Shown: positions 1 to 13,528 of the stretch, one piece after another
Position numbering within the stretch: the stretch's first letter is position 1
Layout: every line of letters starts with the position of its first letter
Assembly (NCBI GenBank): GCA_021613535.1
Contig: CP075496.1
Coordinates: forward strand, 4,774,001 to 4,838,000
DNA length: 64,000 nucleotides
Source: Adineta vaga
Lineage: Eukaryota > Animalia > Rotifera
Direction: 5' to 3'
Made by a program: the position numbers and the translations under genes
Notes under the pieces: model-generated
The model's input: only the letters and a program-made list of their open reading frames with translations
Told to the model about the DNA's origin: nothing
Databases searched by the model: none

Positions 1-3000
1 TGATTTCAAGATGAAATTTGTTGGATTACCATTATTTCTTAAAAGTCTTTTGAAAAAAAAAACACATTTTCTTCAAGAATAAATGATGATGATGATATGT
101 TTACTTTAATGGAGATAATTCTGCTTGTGATTTAAGATCTATACTAATATCATTATCAGTCGATGTTGATGAGTAATGTGAATGACGATCAGATTTTTGT
201 TGATTAGATGATGATGATGTATTTGATTGTGTATGATTACTAGTTGAACTCGTTGATATACTCGTTGATGATGATGAAGATGATGATCCAAATGATGCTA
301 TTGGTGCTTGATGATGGGTAGGTGATTGTTTAGTATGATGTTCAATCTCATTTGATTGTTCATTATTATTTGATGGTAAATCACCATTACTTGTTGAATG
401 TGAATGTTGTTCATGATTTAATGATGAACTATCTGTACAACCATTTATTAGTAAATTATATGCATGTTTTGCTTCTTTACTTATATCACCTAAATAAATT
501 GATAGAGAATGAACTTTGAAGGATGAAAAAGAAATGAACAAACCATTTTGTAAACGTTGTTCGAGTTCACGAGTAAATCGACAAGTTTGTTCATTAGATT
601 TTTTCAATGGAGATTTAGGTGGAAAACGTGTATGCGTAGATGATCGACTGTTCGAATCTACGATGAAAGAAAAATAAGGCTATTATTATTTCCTTTCTCA
701 TTCTTCTTTGTTTTTTTAATTACCTGTCATGTTTTCCAATGGAGATTGGTTTACATCGATTTTTGTTAAAGGTAATGATGGTAAGTTTAACTAAACAAAT
801 AAATAATTGTAGATAAAATTCTCATATGTTCTATCGTCAGACTGATCCCCTTCTGATCTCATATGTGTGATCAACAGGCTCAAATGTATAATGGTTATTG
901 ATACTAATATGTTTTATGATATATTTGTCGCATTACTGTAGACTTTCTATTAAGTTTAATATCTGATTCAAGAATAAATTGTTTTTTTTCTAAACGATGA
1001 TTCATGAATTGATTTGGCAAGAAATGTCTGTTTATGAATTCGTTAAAGTTATGTCATTTTTTGCATAATACTTGTCGAGAACAAGAGCAATACTCTGCTC
1101 GATCACCTTCTACTATAGAACAAACTTATGATGAAGATATATATATATATATATTGACCTTGTTTTATAACCAAATTAAACTTTGTTTCTCTTATAATAA
1201 CAAAAAAAACGAGAAAGTTTAATAAGAAAAAGAGAAATCAAATTTTCTCTTCATAATCTAATGCTGAAAAATGTGTTTCTCAAGAAATATGTCGAAGTAT
1301 CAATTTTACTTACATCAAATGTAGGAGATTTGGGTGATGTTGGTTCACTTCGTTCAGGTTTAGGAGGTGCTTTCATTGAAATACTATCTATTGTTAAATA
1401 TGAAGATGATTCAGGTTCTGAATAAATTTCTGTAAAAGCTTGTAAAACTTCATCAAGTAAAGATGATGGAGGAGTTTCTTCCTATAACAATAGAATTTTG
1501 TCATAGAGAGATATACTATTTAATGATCATTTACCGTTCGTTGTTCAACAGAAAGTATTTCTATTTCTTCTTGTTGCTGTTCACGAGCAAGAATAGGTTG
1601 TTTATAATTTGATTCAAATTCTTTTCAATGTAAGAAAAAAACGGAAATTCAATTATGTAGTCTATGCATATATATATATATTATAACAATTACCATTAAT
1701 AGTTGATGGACTTTTATCAATAGACATCTTAATTAAATCTGTTTTTTCAACACCAGCAAGACAAGCAACATCACCAAATGTTTCACCTAAAGAGAAACGT
1801 TGTTTTTTTAAATTGGTTGTTTTATTCTTTTTAATTGATTTCTTTTTTTTGTAATACCTGATACCCCAATATGAAATGCATGAATGAAATCTGCTTGAGG
1901 CAAACCAATCATATCTTTTGATAATTGTTTACCTTTTGTTTTTCCGACAGTTTTTTTCGAATCTACGAAGAAAGAATACAAACATGATAATTATAATTAT
2001 AATCTTCAAATAATTAACCTGTTTTTCGATGAAATAAATTACTCATTATTAATGATGTTGAATGTTGATGATGAGTCGCTGTTGTTGCTGTTGGTATCAA
2101 TGATTTTGATATTGAAATAACATGTAATGGTTCAACATCAGTATTATTAACGAAACCAATTTGACCGTCTGCAGATACACACTGAAGAAAATTATTGACC
2201 GATGACGATGATATGGGAACGTTAAGACTAGAACAGATGGAAGAATGAAGAAAGAGGAAAAAAAGACGTTGTCTAAATGAACGAAACGAAAAAGGAAGAA
2301 GAGAACGAGTGGAGAAGAAGAATACATATATATGTATATGAAGCAGAAGCAATGTTCATCAGTAATTGAGAAATTGAATATTTTTCTTGCCAATTTTTTC
2401 TCTCACGATTATCAACATGGCGACTCAAGGATAAAAAACGATCGATCGATTGATCAAGCAATCAATGAAAGTGTGTAACAGGTAGCGCGTCGCATCATAA
2501 AACAAATGACCCCGGCCTGTTTGCATGCATACAAACATACACACCAGAAGAAATAAAGAGCGTGTTTATGTAACGATGAATTCCGAGCACGAGTGTATAT
2601 ATATATATATACTACCGTTGCTTTGCCTTTCAACCATTTCTCTCATTTTTTTTCTTCTTCTTTTTCTTCTTCTTCTTCGTCTTCTCCTCTCTTTTATTGT
2701 ATGTACTAAGCTGTCGAAATTTGATGCACACACATACACACGCATACATACCACCGATCAAGAATTGTCAATGGTCCAAGTAGACAAGATTCTGTGGAAA
2801 GAAACCCGTCCGGCAAATTTTTTAATTTGCAATTGTTATCTTTCCAACGAACTTTTTTGATTTCAATCTAAAGTTATATAGATATAGAAAGAATAAAAGA
2901 AAAATATCGATTTCTTTACTTCTCGTAGAGTTGTTTCTAATTGTGCAAATGTTGGACGTTCCGATGGTTCATGTTTCCAACAATGTTGCATTATTTGATA

Positions 3001-6000
3001 TAACTCTGTTGTAGCGTAAGAAGGACGTAGTAATCGTTGATAATTGGGTGCATCGATAGCGTTGACAATCTAATGAATTGAAAAGAAGACATGTTTCCTT
3101 TATCTTGCCTTGTCTGATTTTTTTTAATCCTCGAGAGATATCAAAATTGTTCGAAAGAGTTTCTTCACATTTTTTCTCTAAACGTATTATAAGACAAAAA
3201 AGATTTTTTGATCACTGATTCATTTAAATGTCAAAAAATCATCGACGTGATATGTCATGTTCGTCGAAGTGATTGATACCCTTTAAAATCATACAAAAGA
3301 ACTAACCAATCTTGATCTTCTTTCTCATTTTCTTATGATTAACTAAATTGAATCGAAAAGAAATATTTACTTCAGCACTTGTCATTCCTTGCCATGGCAT
3401 TTCGCCGTAACTAAAACATTCCCACATACATACACCAAAAGAAAACATATCAGATGCGCTCGTGAAACGTAAGAAATTAATTGCTTCTGGACTCATCCAT
3501 GCTATGGGTAATCGTAATGTATCTTTCCAAGACGTTTTATAATAATTCGTTTCTGAACAACATAAACGAGAAAGACCGAAATCAGAAAGTTTAACCTTGA
3601 AAACAAAAATGAATCTCTTTTGAATGAATAGAAAGAATTCGAAACTTACAAGTGTTTTATTAAAAACTAATATATTTCGACTTGCTAAATCTCGATGAAT
3701 TAAAAATTTCTTTTCTAAATAACTCATTGCTATTGAAATTTGTCGAAGAAATTCAACTAGAATTTCTATTGTATAGTCACATTTGGCATTTTTTGATAAT
3801 AAACATTCATATAATGAACGTGAATGAGCATATTCAGTTACCTAAAAGAAAACGTACATATATATATACGTAAATGTATGTTTATTTTGGAAAATATCAA
3901 TTTGTTACTTACCAACATAAATAACCCATCTGTTTGGATAACAATACCAAAGAATTGAACAATATGTGGATGTTCAATATCTTGTAAGACACAGATTTCT
4001 TTTAATATATCATCAAGGCCAAATTCATGATCGAGTTTATGTAATCGTTTGACAGCAACAGTCAACTAAAGATTGAGAAAAAACATATTTTTGCATAAGA
4101 ATTAATTTGAATTAAACTTTCGTACTAATTCATTTTGTTTGGTTTTCCAAAATGCTTTGAAAACTGAAAAATGAATATCAAAAAATGAAACAAAGGATTT
4201 GGAATAAAATTCTAATTACCAGTGCCAAATTCTCCTTCACCAATTTGTTCAATTAATTGGATATTTTGTTGAGAAATGATGTTTTTTTGTTGCTGATTTT
4301 TCCCCATTGTTGTTTGTTGATTTAATGATGTTATTGAGGAACCCTGTTGTCCATGATTACTGTTCAATTCAAGTGTACTTCGAGAGAGATTCGATGTTGA
4401 TGAACGAAAGGTTAATTTCTAGCAAACAGACGTGTATCAAACAAAAAAATTGTTCTAATATATATGTATGGAGAATTAGAAACGATGACGTTGAACTTTA
4501 TATAAACGTGCAAGTAACCACCTGTTTTCCATTGCATCTGACCGCTACTACTACCACTACTACTGCTGTTGCCTAAGATAATCGAACAGAAATTCTTCTT
4601 CTTCTTCTTTTTTCCTTTACTATGGGGAAAAGGGAGAGAGAGAGAGACACACACATACACAGAAGGAGAGCTCTGAACGGTCGTTGAAGAAGTAATGCGA
4701 TGCCGGTCAGAGAAAAGGACAAGAACAAGATAACGACATGAACGAGAAAAGAAAAACAGAAAGAAAAGGGAAAAATGATTGTAGCTGAACATATATCAAT
4801 TTACATTCGAACATCAATTAGTCGATTCTTTACCATTTAAGTTTGTCACTAGTACTTACTCGTACTAAAAGTTTGCCCAATGTACTTGTTAACATTGAAT
4901 TGTTACTTAGAGTTGAATTCGATGATGGTGGCAAGTGTCGTTTCATTTTTCGAAATTGTGGCTTAGACATGCCCAATGAAAGAAGATCGGATTCATTGAC
5001 ATACCGTAAATCACCTATACTATACACCTGCAGAATAAAAACATAATAGCAATTATACTTAAGAAACAAATAGACAGACAGACAGAAAGCAAAAGAGCTT
5101 GTTTGCATTTCACTGAACTGGTCATCATGAAGAATACTAATAAATGCTCATGTATCGTGTGCTTGCGCAATTTTGCGGTCAATTCGTGTTACATCATACA
5201 GCTGTAGCATGAACGCGTTTGTGTATATGTTTGTGGCAGATAGTCTTCTATTCTATTTAGACTGAATTCATGGAAGTGTATGTCTATAGTCAATAGTTAA
5301 GATGAGAATAAACATATATGAATTTAAATAGAGAAGAAATAAAACTTAAGCTCAATTTTCAAGATTATCAAGGTCCAACCTTTATATATGAATATATGTG
5401 GATGAATTTATGTATATGTATATTGAATATAAATGACAAAGGAAGTCTGCAATTTAGTTTTTATCCATTAATAATCGACATCATGTGAATGGAGGACATG
5501 TGCGAAATGAATTATCGTCTTCTGAAAGTAAATTTCTACTATAAACAACGTGTACTATATAGAGCTTCTAATTGAGCATAAGAGGATAATAGACAGATGA
5601 AAGAAAGAGTAGATTAGTCATTAGATGAACTCGAACTAATATTGAAAAGAAATTGAAGAAAAACTATGTTAAAAATTTCCATGGAATTTATTTGTGATTA
5701 GTTACCTTTCGAACGGCATGAATATCTTTTTTCTCAACGTCATTCCTTATCCAATTGGACATTGTAGAAAAGAAATTCTATTGTACCAAAATGTTCGTTC
5801 TATTTCACTTAAACGTTCTTTTTTTGTTGATCAAGAAATGAAAAGAACTATTTTATTGATTGATTTTAATCGTCTCTCATTTTCTCTTTTCATTTCATTT
5901 CGTTTCTCTTTCCTCTTCCTCTCCTTTTCGGTATCTCTTACCTTGAGCTTTTCGACAATCAATGTATAATATTCTTCGAGTTCTATTTGCTCAAAGAATT

Positions 6001-6061
6001 GATGTAGGTAAAAAAGAAGATCATGTTTAACCATCATTTCTTTTGTGCCGGTCATTAACAT
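1..6061 (-). CDS. ACK/TNK2-family non-receptor tyrosine kinase (SAM - TK - divergent SH3 - CRIB - low-complexity tail); multi-exon, 3' end runs off the window
   Basis: SAM-like exons read LHQFFEQIELEEYYTLIVEKL and DLRYVNESDLLSLGMSKPQFRKM. Kinase motifs are IGEGEFG (~4220-4250), VAVKRL, HRDLASRN, DFG, LRLPIAWMSPE and CWKHEPSERPTF. An SH3-like segment (CVSADGQIGFV) is followed by a CRIB motif MIGLPQADFIHAFHIGVSGETFGDV (~1770-1912). This domain order is diagnostic of the ACK family. Confidence 0.9.
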
Positions 6062-9044
6062 CTAGAAGATAGGGAAAAGAAGAGTTTGTATGTAAACAAG
6101 AAGCATTGAGTAGCTGAACCGACGCTGTCAAGACATAAAGTGATTGTAGACACATTGCCAGTTCATCTCATGAAGAAAAAAGAAGGACGTAAGTCAAAGA
6201 AAATTGTTGACCCCGACAGTGCTCTCGCACGAAGAAGAGAAAGTAGTAGATATATAATTGTGTGCGTGTGTGCGTGCTCATCATTGTACAGGGCCAAATT
6301 GACTTTGCTGGTGTTGATTACTCTATACATCATCCCACGCACATATTCTAAGACCTTAGATCGACGACATGACGCGTCAGATGTATAAAAAAAAAAGAAA
6401 CATCATGTTGCGACGTATCAACAATTCAGAAAAAAAGAACATATCATTCTTACTTAATCTTGATATAAATTTGAAATCGAAATGAGTGAAGAAAAGGGTC
6501 AATAACAAATTTTTTTTACTATTATTCAGTAAGTCGTATCGTTCAACGAACCGTGTGATGTTTAAAAATTGAACCAACAAATGATGGTGTTATGCTTCAA
6601 GCTATGCATGTAGACAGAACGAGACATAAACAATAATATCACTACACATGTATTCATATTCATAGACATACTTAAGGGTGTAATCGAAAATATCGTTCAG
6701 ATTCAGAAATAAAACAATCAACATAAAGGATCAGTAATCACAAGATGATAATAAATGAGATTAACAATTGTTATTACCTTCATCGTTACTATAAGATTTG
6801 AATTCCAAGGACATTCCTGATAGTACAAATGACAATATGACGACAGCAGCTGTCATTAAACAGACGATTTGATTCATTTTTGACATTTTACTATGAATAA
6901 AGAACATCTTTAAATACATCTATCAAATTATTTCTTTCAATAAGAACTCTTGAACTAACGAGTGAATGATTCAATTTGATTAAAAGCTATTCGACTTGAA
7001 GAGAGAAGAAACCATATGGTTATTTTTTTTTAATATTAAAGTTCAAAATCATGTTTCTTATCCATTTGTTTTCATTATTTTTGTCTCCTATCTCTGTCAA
7101 TAATTACTGATCAATTTGATCAAATGACGACATCGACAACACATGTTTGATGTGACAAATATTTCTTTGACATCAACATGAAAATTGCACGTCGAAATGA
7201 TTGACACAAGAAATGTTTATTATGTTTCTTAAGTTCAACTATTTCTCATCATCTTTACAAGTATAAAAAAAAAGATAGAAAGAAATAGAAAAAAGCAATC
7301 AGCACGTACAATGATTTGATCAAATAAGTGATTATAATAGAGTTTTTATCTATTGATATTTTGATGAACAGGAATATCAGAATAAGAAGATGATCTCTTA
7401 TAACAAATATTGACCATCGTACATTTTCTTTCATGTTAAACAATGATGTGCATGTTCGTAGATGACTATATTTCATTTCCGATTTAATCAGACTAAATTT
7501 AACCTGCGAGATCGATGATATATCTAATGTAATCGACATTGTCATTTTCAATCTAATACAATAATGGAAAGTTACATGTATCCTCACACTTTTCTTGATG
7601 GAAATAAGATTTGTATTCTATTCGGTTGATTGATTTTCTCTAATATTTCTAAAAACTATCTAGTTAAGCTGCAAATTAATTTATTATGTTTAAAGGTCGA
7701 CTATTATTAAATATATCAACATGCGGACAGAATATGAAGGACATTCTATATAAGAACTCTATTCCACTGACTAATACAATCAATACTTAATTTCTGATAT
7801 TACTTCTTACTTATAAATAAAAGAAATCTACGCCATAAATCATTTTGAACCTTCAAACAAACCAAAGAAACAAATAGCTGCAATAATTCATGTCAGGTGT
7901 CATCCGTTGATGGCATAAAGTATCTCCGCTTGAAATTCGAGTTTTTTCCTAAGAATATTTGCTCAGAGGTTACACCAAGCTAGACCAACATAGAACTATC
8001 AACCAGCTCTATCGAATGAACACCTTGTTTGTCTCATCTGAGTGAAACAAACCAATGGGACTAAAGGGAGTTTACACTCTATGTCTTTTATGAATAAAAG
8101 TAGAAACGTGTATTTCTAATTTCTCTTAGACCTTTCATTTAACACATCGAAATCTTAGAGAATTTATTGGATTTCTACAATAAACCTTTATTCGAAATCG
8201 GATTGTATTTTACCATAACATTTAATTCACGAAATACTTTTAATAAAATGAGTATCGAATCTTTAATCAATTCAATTACTTTTCTAATTTATCTGTCAAC
8301 GTCAGCAACTTATCGCAATGTGCTTCGAAAATTTCTTGTATAAATTCATCAAAAAATCATGAGAAGAGAAATTAGATGAAACAAACCAAAACAATCTCAA
8401 ATTCAAATTAATGAATTACACTAGTATGTGGAAATGATTTAAGTGACAATCATAAAGTGACTTCTTTTGAGTGTTCTTATATTTTTGAAATGATATCATT
8501 TCAAAAGAAAAAGAAAAATTCTTCTATTAGATTTTTGATCCAAACATTGCATTCTCAGAATAAAACAATGTGATTGAGAAAATAACCTACGAAGTTCATT
8601 ACAAGGCGACGACGATTGTATCATTATTATAGTTTTGCAATGTTTGAATAAAATGGTCTAAAGATTTCAAATATTTTGATAATTGATCCAATGAATACGA
8701 ATGAATATTTGTTCATTTCATACGAGACAAAAACAACACATTTTAATAATTTACATTTTAATAAGCAATTAAATTGTCGAAAGACATCATGAAAAATAAC
8801 AGATGTTCGATAAAAAGCATCTTGCTTTGTATTTAAAGTGAATATATAACTTCCAATTCTTTATACATTAAACTTATTTTCTTTCTTATAGCGCCATCTA
8901 ACTGTTCGTTATTAAATGGATGGTCAAACTAGCAAATCCTTTTCGTAAATCAATCAGCTGCTGAATAATCTTCCTTTTCTCTCTCTCTCTCTTAACACTT
9001 TCATCATTTTCTTATTCTTGTTTTTGTTGACTGGCATCAAAGCA

Positions 9045-12000
9045 ATGGATCAAATTATTTGCGGTGTTATTAAAAGTACTCATCCATTTATAGTAAAACA
9101 ACAACTATTAGAACGTTTACGTCCTGCATATCTTCAAACGCCTTGTTCTACAACAATCCCAATAGCTGATCGTCCTTGCTATCATATTATAAACTATATA
9201 CGTCAATTGATTTCAACAAAAACTGATTTGGATACGTCAAAATTTAGTCGTTTTTGTCTTGAATGTTGTCATAATCCTGAATGTCTTTGCTCAATTGCTG
9301 AACATTTAATCACTGATGCACAAATTGATTTATCAATTCCATTTGTTCAACTTTTAAGTGATCATCTACCAATTGAAGTTGGTCGACCATTTTTAGAACG
9401 AGCTATTTTTGAAAGACATGAATTAAATAATGAAGCATTACGTTTCATTCTATTATCTATAACGAAAAATCGTCAATTAAATGATGGACAACGAACAATC
9501 TTCTATATAAAATTAGTTGAATTAGTTCTCTTTCGTTTACGTACATTAGATCATTCAATTGAACAAGTCGAAGTCTTTTGTAAACAATTATCAGCAACTA
9601 TTGAAGAATTATGTTATGATAATAATAAGAAATCCAGTCAATTATTAAATGATATTGTTAATGGTGTTACAAGTGGTTTATTAACATGTTTAGCTGATTC
9701 AACAGTTACAACGGAACCATCAACTGCATTAGCAAATATTATTGATTTATTACAAGAATGTCCAAATGAAAATTTACTTGATTCATTTATTTTAGTAAGA
9801 AAAAAGATTTAAACTGATTGGAAAAAAGAAAATGAAAATTTTCATTTGTTTTTAGACGATTGATGATGATCGATTGGTTCTATGTCTTAATCGTTTAGCA
9901 CGAGTATTTCGTTGGCCATGTTTAACAACAAAACCATCTCAATGGTTAGTTTCAATTTGGAAATTATTGTTTAAACGTGAACGAGAAATGTTAGTAGCAC
10001 ATTCAGCATCATCATCAATTATTTCTGATGTAAGTTGATGGAATCAGGTCTAGTTATTCTTCTTATCTTATTCTTAAATTCAGATTTTTATTTTACAAAT
10101 AAAAACTAATATTAACTTCTTTTCTTTAGCTGATATCAATGCTTGGTAATCCTTCATCGTATCAAAATGTTATTCCAGCTCTATGTTGGATATTTGTTAA
10201 TCAACCATTTCATTTACAAACTGTATGTTAATAATTTTGATTTAATTCCCTTTTTTTCTATTAAATCTTATTCTCAATTAGTTTGCAAGTACTTTACAAA
10301 ATGAAATTCTTCAATTAGTTATTAATAATCCAAATTTTCTGCTTGATAATATGGAAATGAATAATCTAGTTGAAAGTGTACGATATGGTTTAAAAAGTTT
10401 ATTGAATAATGAAGATAATCTTTTGAATAATGATCTGTTAAATAATTTACTTCAAGTAAACAAGTTTTTTTTTGTTATCATGTTCATATCTCTTATTTTT
10501 CTCTTCTGTCATTCAGAATCTTCCAAAATCAAATCCCGCGTACGCAAAGAATGTTCAATTGATGAAATGTAAATCATTTTCAAATGAAAACTATTCAAAT
10601 GAAATAACAGTTCGTTTACATGATAAAGTTGGATTAGTTAATATTGGTAATACGTGTTATTTAAATGCAATTATGCAAGCTTTATATGCTTGTACAAAGT
10701 AAAAATATATTTTCCTAATCAAAGATTTCGTTATTATTATCTATCATTAGATTTCGACAATGTGTTCTTAATTGCGATGTATTATCATCGAATAATGAAT
10801 TATTAAAATCATTACAGAATTTATTTGGTTTTCTAGCACTTTCACAAGTATGAATATAAATTTGAATGAGAATAAAATGGATATTTGTTTTTTTGTGTTG
10901 TAATTTATAGAGACCATATTATCGACCGGAACGATTTTGGCTTCAAGCTAAACCATCCTATTTTGAACGTAATCAACAACAGGATTGTCAAGAATTTCTC
11001 CGACATTTATTGGATGCAATGCATGAAGAAGCGAAAAGAACGATTCAAAGCGAGTATGTAATTTTCATTAGTAATTTTATCATTATGTAAGATCTATGAA
11101 ATGAATCAAATTCTATAACGACAACGAGAGTGATTTTGATATGAGTAAGATGATCAAACATTGTATGAATTTTGTTTTTGCTTAGTTCAAATCTCGATCT
11201 TGTTAAACAACATCTAATGGGTACATGTGTTCATGTTAGTAAATGTTTAAAATGTTTATCCATGACTAAATCTGAAGATTTATTTTATGATTTATCCATT
11301 GGTTTTAATGAACAATCGTTAACAAATAATGAACAACAAAAGGTTTTCGATTTACAATTACTTATTGATCACACATTTGCATGGGAATCTCTTATAAATG
11401 ATAATCAACTTGCGTGTGATAAATGTGAAACTAAAGAAGATGGTTCACGTCGAATGTTTTTAACTTCACATCCTAATTATCTTGTTTTATTATTGAAACG
11501 TTTTGTACATAATCGTCTAACGGGTAAATATGAAAAATGTCTTGATCATACAACATTACCAGAATTTATACAATTATTGACGATGAATGAAACATCCATA
11601 TCTTATCGATTGAAAGCAATTGTTGTTCATCATGGTTTATCGATGAATAGTGGTCATTATTATGCATTTGTTATGTTTAATGATGAGGATATTATTGATA
11701 AAAATAACACAAATAATCATTTGGGTTGGTGGCTTTTTAATGATACACATGTAGAACATTTAACATATGAAAATGTTTGTGCACATTTTCAACGTTTTCA
11801 ATCAGCAACACCTTATGTATTAATATTTGAAAAACAAGATCAAGGTACAGTTTTCGCGTCTGTATATTTCATTGAAACTCATGTTTTTTTCTTTCATTTA
11901 GAAAAAGAAACAGATGTAACACAATTATCGATTGTACCATACTTAAAAACATCAGTTGATCGTGATAATCAACTTTATACACAAGTAAATCTCTTTGCAA

Positions 12001-12153
12001 GAAGAAACTCTGTATGATTGAATATTATAGGAACAAAAACGTCATGGTCGATCGTCAAGATCAGCTGATATGTCGGATGTTACTGAACCTTATTTACGTA
12101 ATACAGGATGTAAAGATCAAAGTCCTGATCGTGGACCACCTTGTATTTTTTGA
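9045..12153 (+). CDS. USP38: Ubiquitin carboxyl-terminal hydrolase, USP35/USP38 family (multi-exon)
   Basis: The N-terminus MDQIICGVIKSTHPFIVKQQLL resembles USP38/35. Cys box is GLVNIGNTCYLNAIMQAL, followed by QQDCQEF and His box HHGLSMNSGHYY, then WWLFNDTHV. The last exon (12031-12153) ends PPCIF*. Confidence 0.85.
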
Positions 12154-12765
12154 GTGACGTTCATTTATAATTTTATTTCAACGACATGGTCAGAAAAAAC
12201 ATTTGTCTTCTATGTGTGTGAACAGTTGTATAAAGTTTTTAAGTTATTTGTCTTCTTTTTTTATTATTATTTATACTGTACAGATAAACTCGATGATATC
12301 ATCCATGAGAACCAAAGACAAAAAAAGAACATATATTTGAATCTAACAATGGTGAAGTCATATACACGTACTATTTTGCAGATAATGCAGGTCGAAAATC
12401 ACTCTTGTTATTCTCAATATAGAATATACGCATACTAATCCATCGATCTGCATTTCTTTAAACAAATCTTTCTTCAATTAAGATAGAATTCGTCACCTCT
12501 ATGAACTGCAATGTAAAAGTTGATGGCCTTTTCTCGTCTGATGAATATTTCAATTTTGATATGTTCAGTCAACAAATTTTACTGATCGAAACATCTATTA
12601 AGCAATTTTAAATATAATGATTATTTCGGTTTATTTTCAAGCTGTCATTCATTGGTGAATGATCAAATATCCACTGAAATACATGAATATTAATAATCCT
12701 TTAAATATATTTTTATTGTTTAAAATGAATCCGTGTCATTGTTGAACATGTTTTTGCATAGTTCT

Positions 12766-13528
12766 TCATTTAGTGTAGAAATAAATCAAATTTAATAATA
12801 TTATCAAAGCCGGTTGTAGTAGTATACGAGGACCACTGGATTGAGGCCCACATGGTGTTGTTGTTGTAGTGGTCGCTTCTTTTGTAGTAGTTGTATTAGT
12901 AGTAGTAATAGTAGTAATTTGTATTGTCGTTGTTGTTGCAGGAAGCGTAGTAGTGGTTGATTCTGGTTCCATAGTAGTAGTAGTTGTTGCTGCTGGTACT
13001 ATAGAAGTAGTGGTTGTTCCTGGTATAGGAGTGGCTGTTGAAATGGGTGAAGTTATCATTTGTGTTGTTGTTACCGGTGTGACAGTGACACTGTCTTGTG
13101 AACATTTTTCACCAAGTATATATGAACCACCAGGACAAAAACAACCAAAAAATGCTGTTGTGCTTGGAACATCTAATTCTTCGGAACATAAAGCATCTGA
13201 TAAACCACAAATATCATCTCGATTGCATATACCTATTCACAGAAAAATATAGTTTAACCGAAGATGAGAAAAACTAGATAACAGACGGCAAGGTTTATTA
13301 ACTGTATATAGCGTATCTGGACAAGTACAGATGATTCGATTATCAAGTTTTGCCCAACCATATCCATTTTCAGGAACAAAATATCCTTCAAGTTCGCAGG
13401 TCTCATTTCCTAGTAAACAAATTGATTTCGATAAATGTATGAAATATTCTTTCATTACCATTACGATTGATTGGATTTGACTTAATTGAATAAATGACGA
13501 AAAAAGCGATTAAAAATCTTCTGATCAT
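12766..13528 (-). CDS. Secreted/surface protein: signal peptide, Cys-rich EGF-like modules, Thr-rich mucin stalk, hydrophobic (GPI-like) C-terminus; 3 exons
   Basis: Exon 1 reads MIRRFLIAFFVIYSIKS. Exon 2 reads ETCELEGY...ICTCPDTLYTVNKPC. Exon 3 reads ICNRDDICGLSDALCSEE...GCFCPGGSYILGEKC, then poly-Thr and SSGPRILLQPALIILLNLIYFYTK*. The GT-AG junctions keep frame. Confidence 0.75.

Noticed and set aside
7800-8400. Coding-like minus-strand fragments (e.g. FDEFIQEIFEAHCDKLL)
   Set aside because: Multiple stops and no recognisable family or terminal repeats. It may be a decayed gene or transposon but cannot be supported without BLASTx.
12869-13252. Val-rich ORF on + strand
   Set aside because: It is the antisense shadow of the poly-Thr mucin exon.
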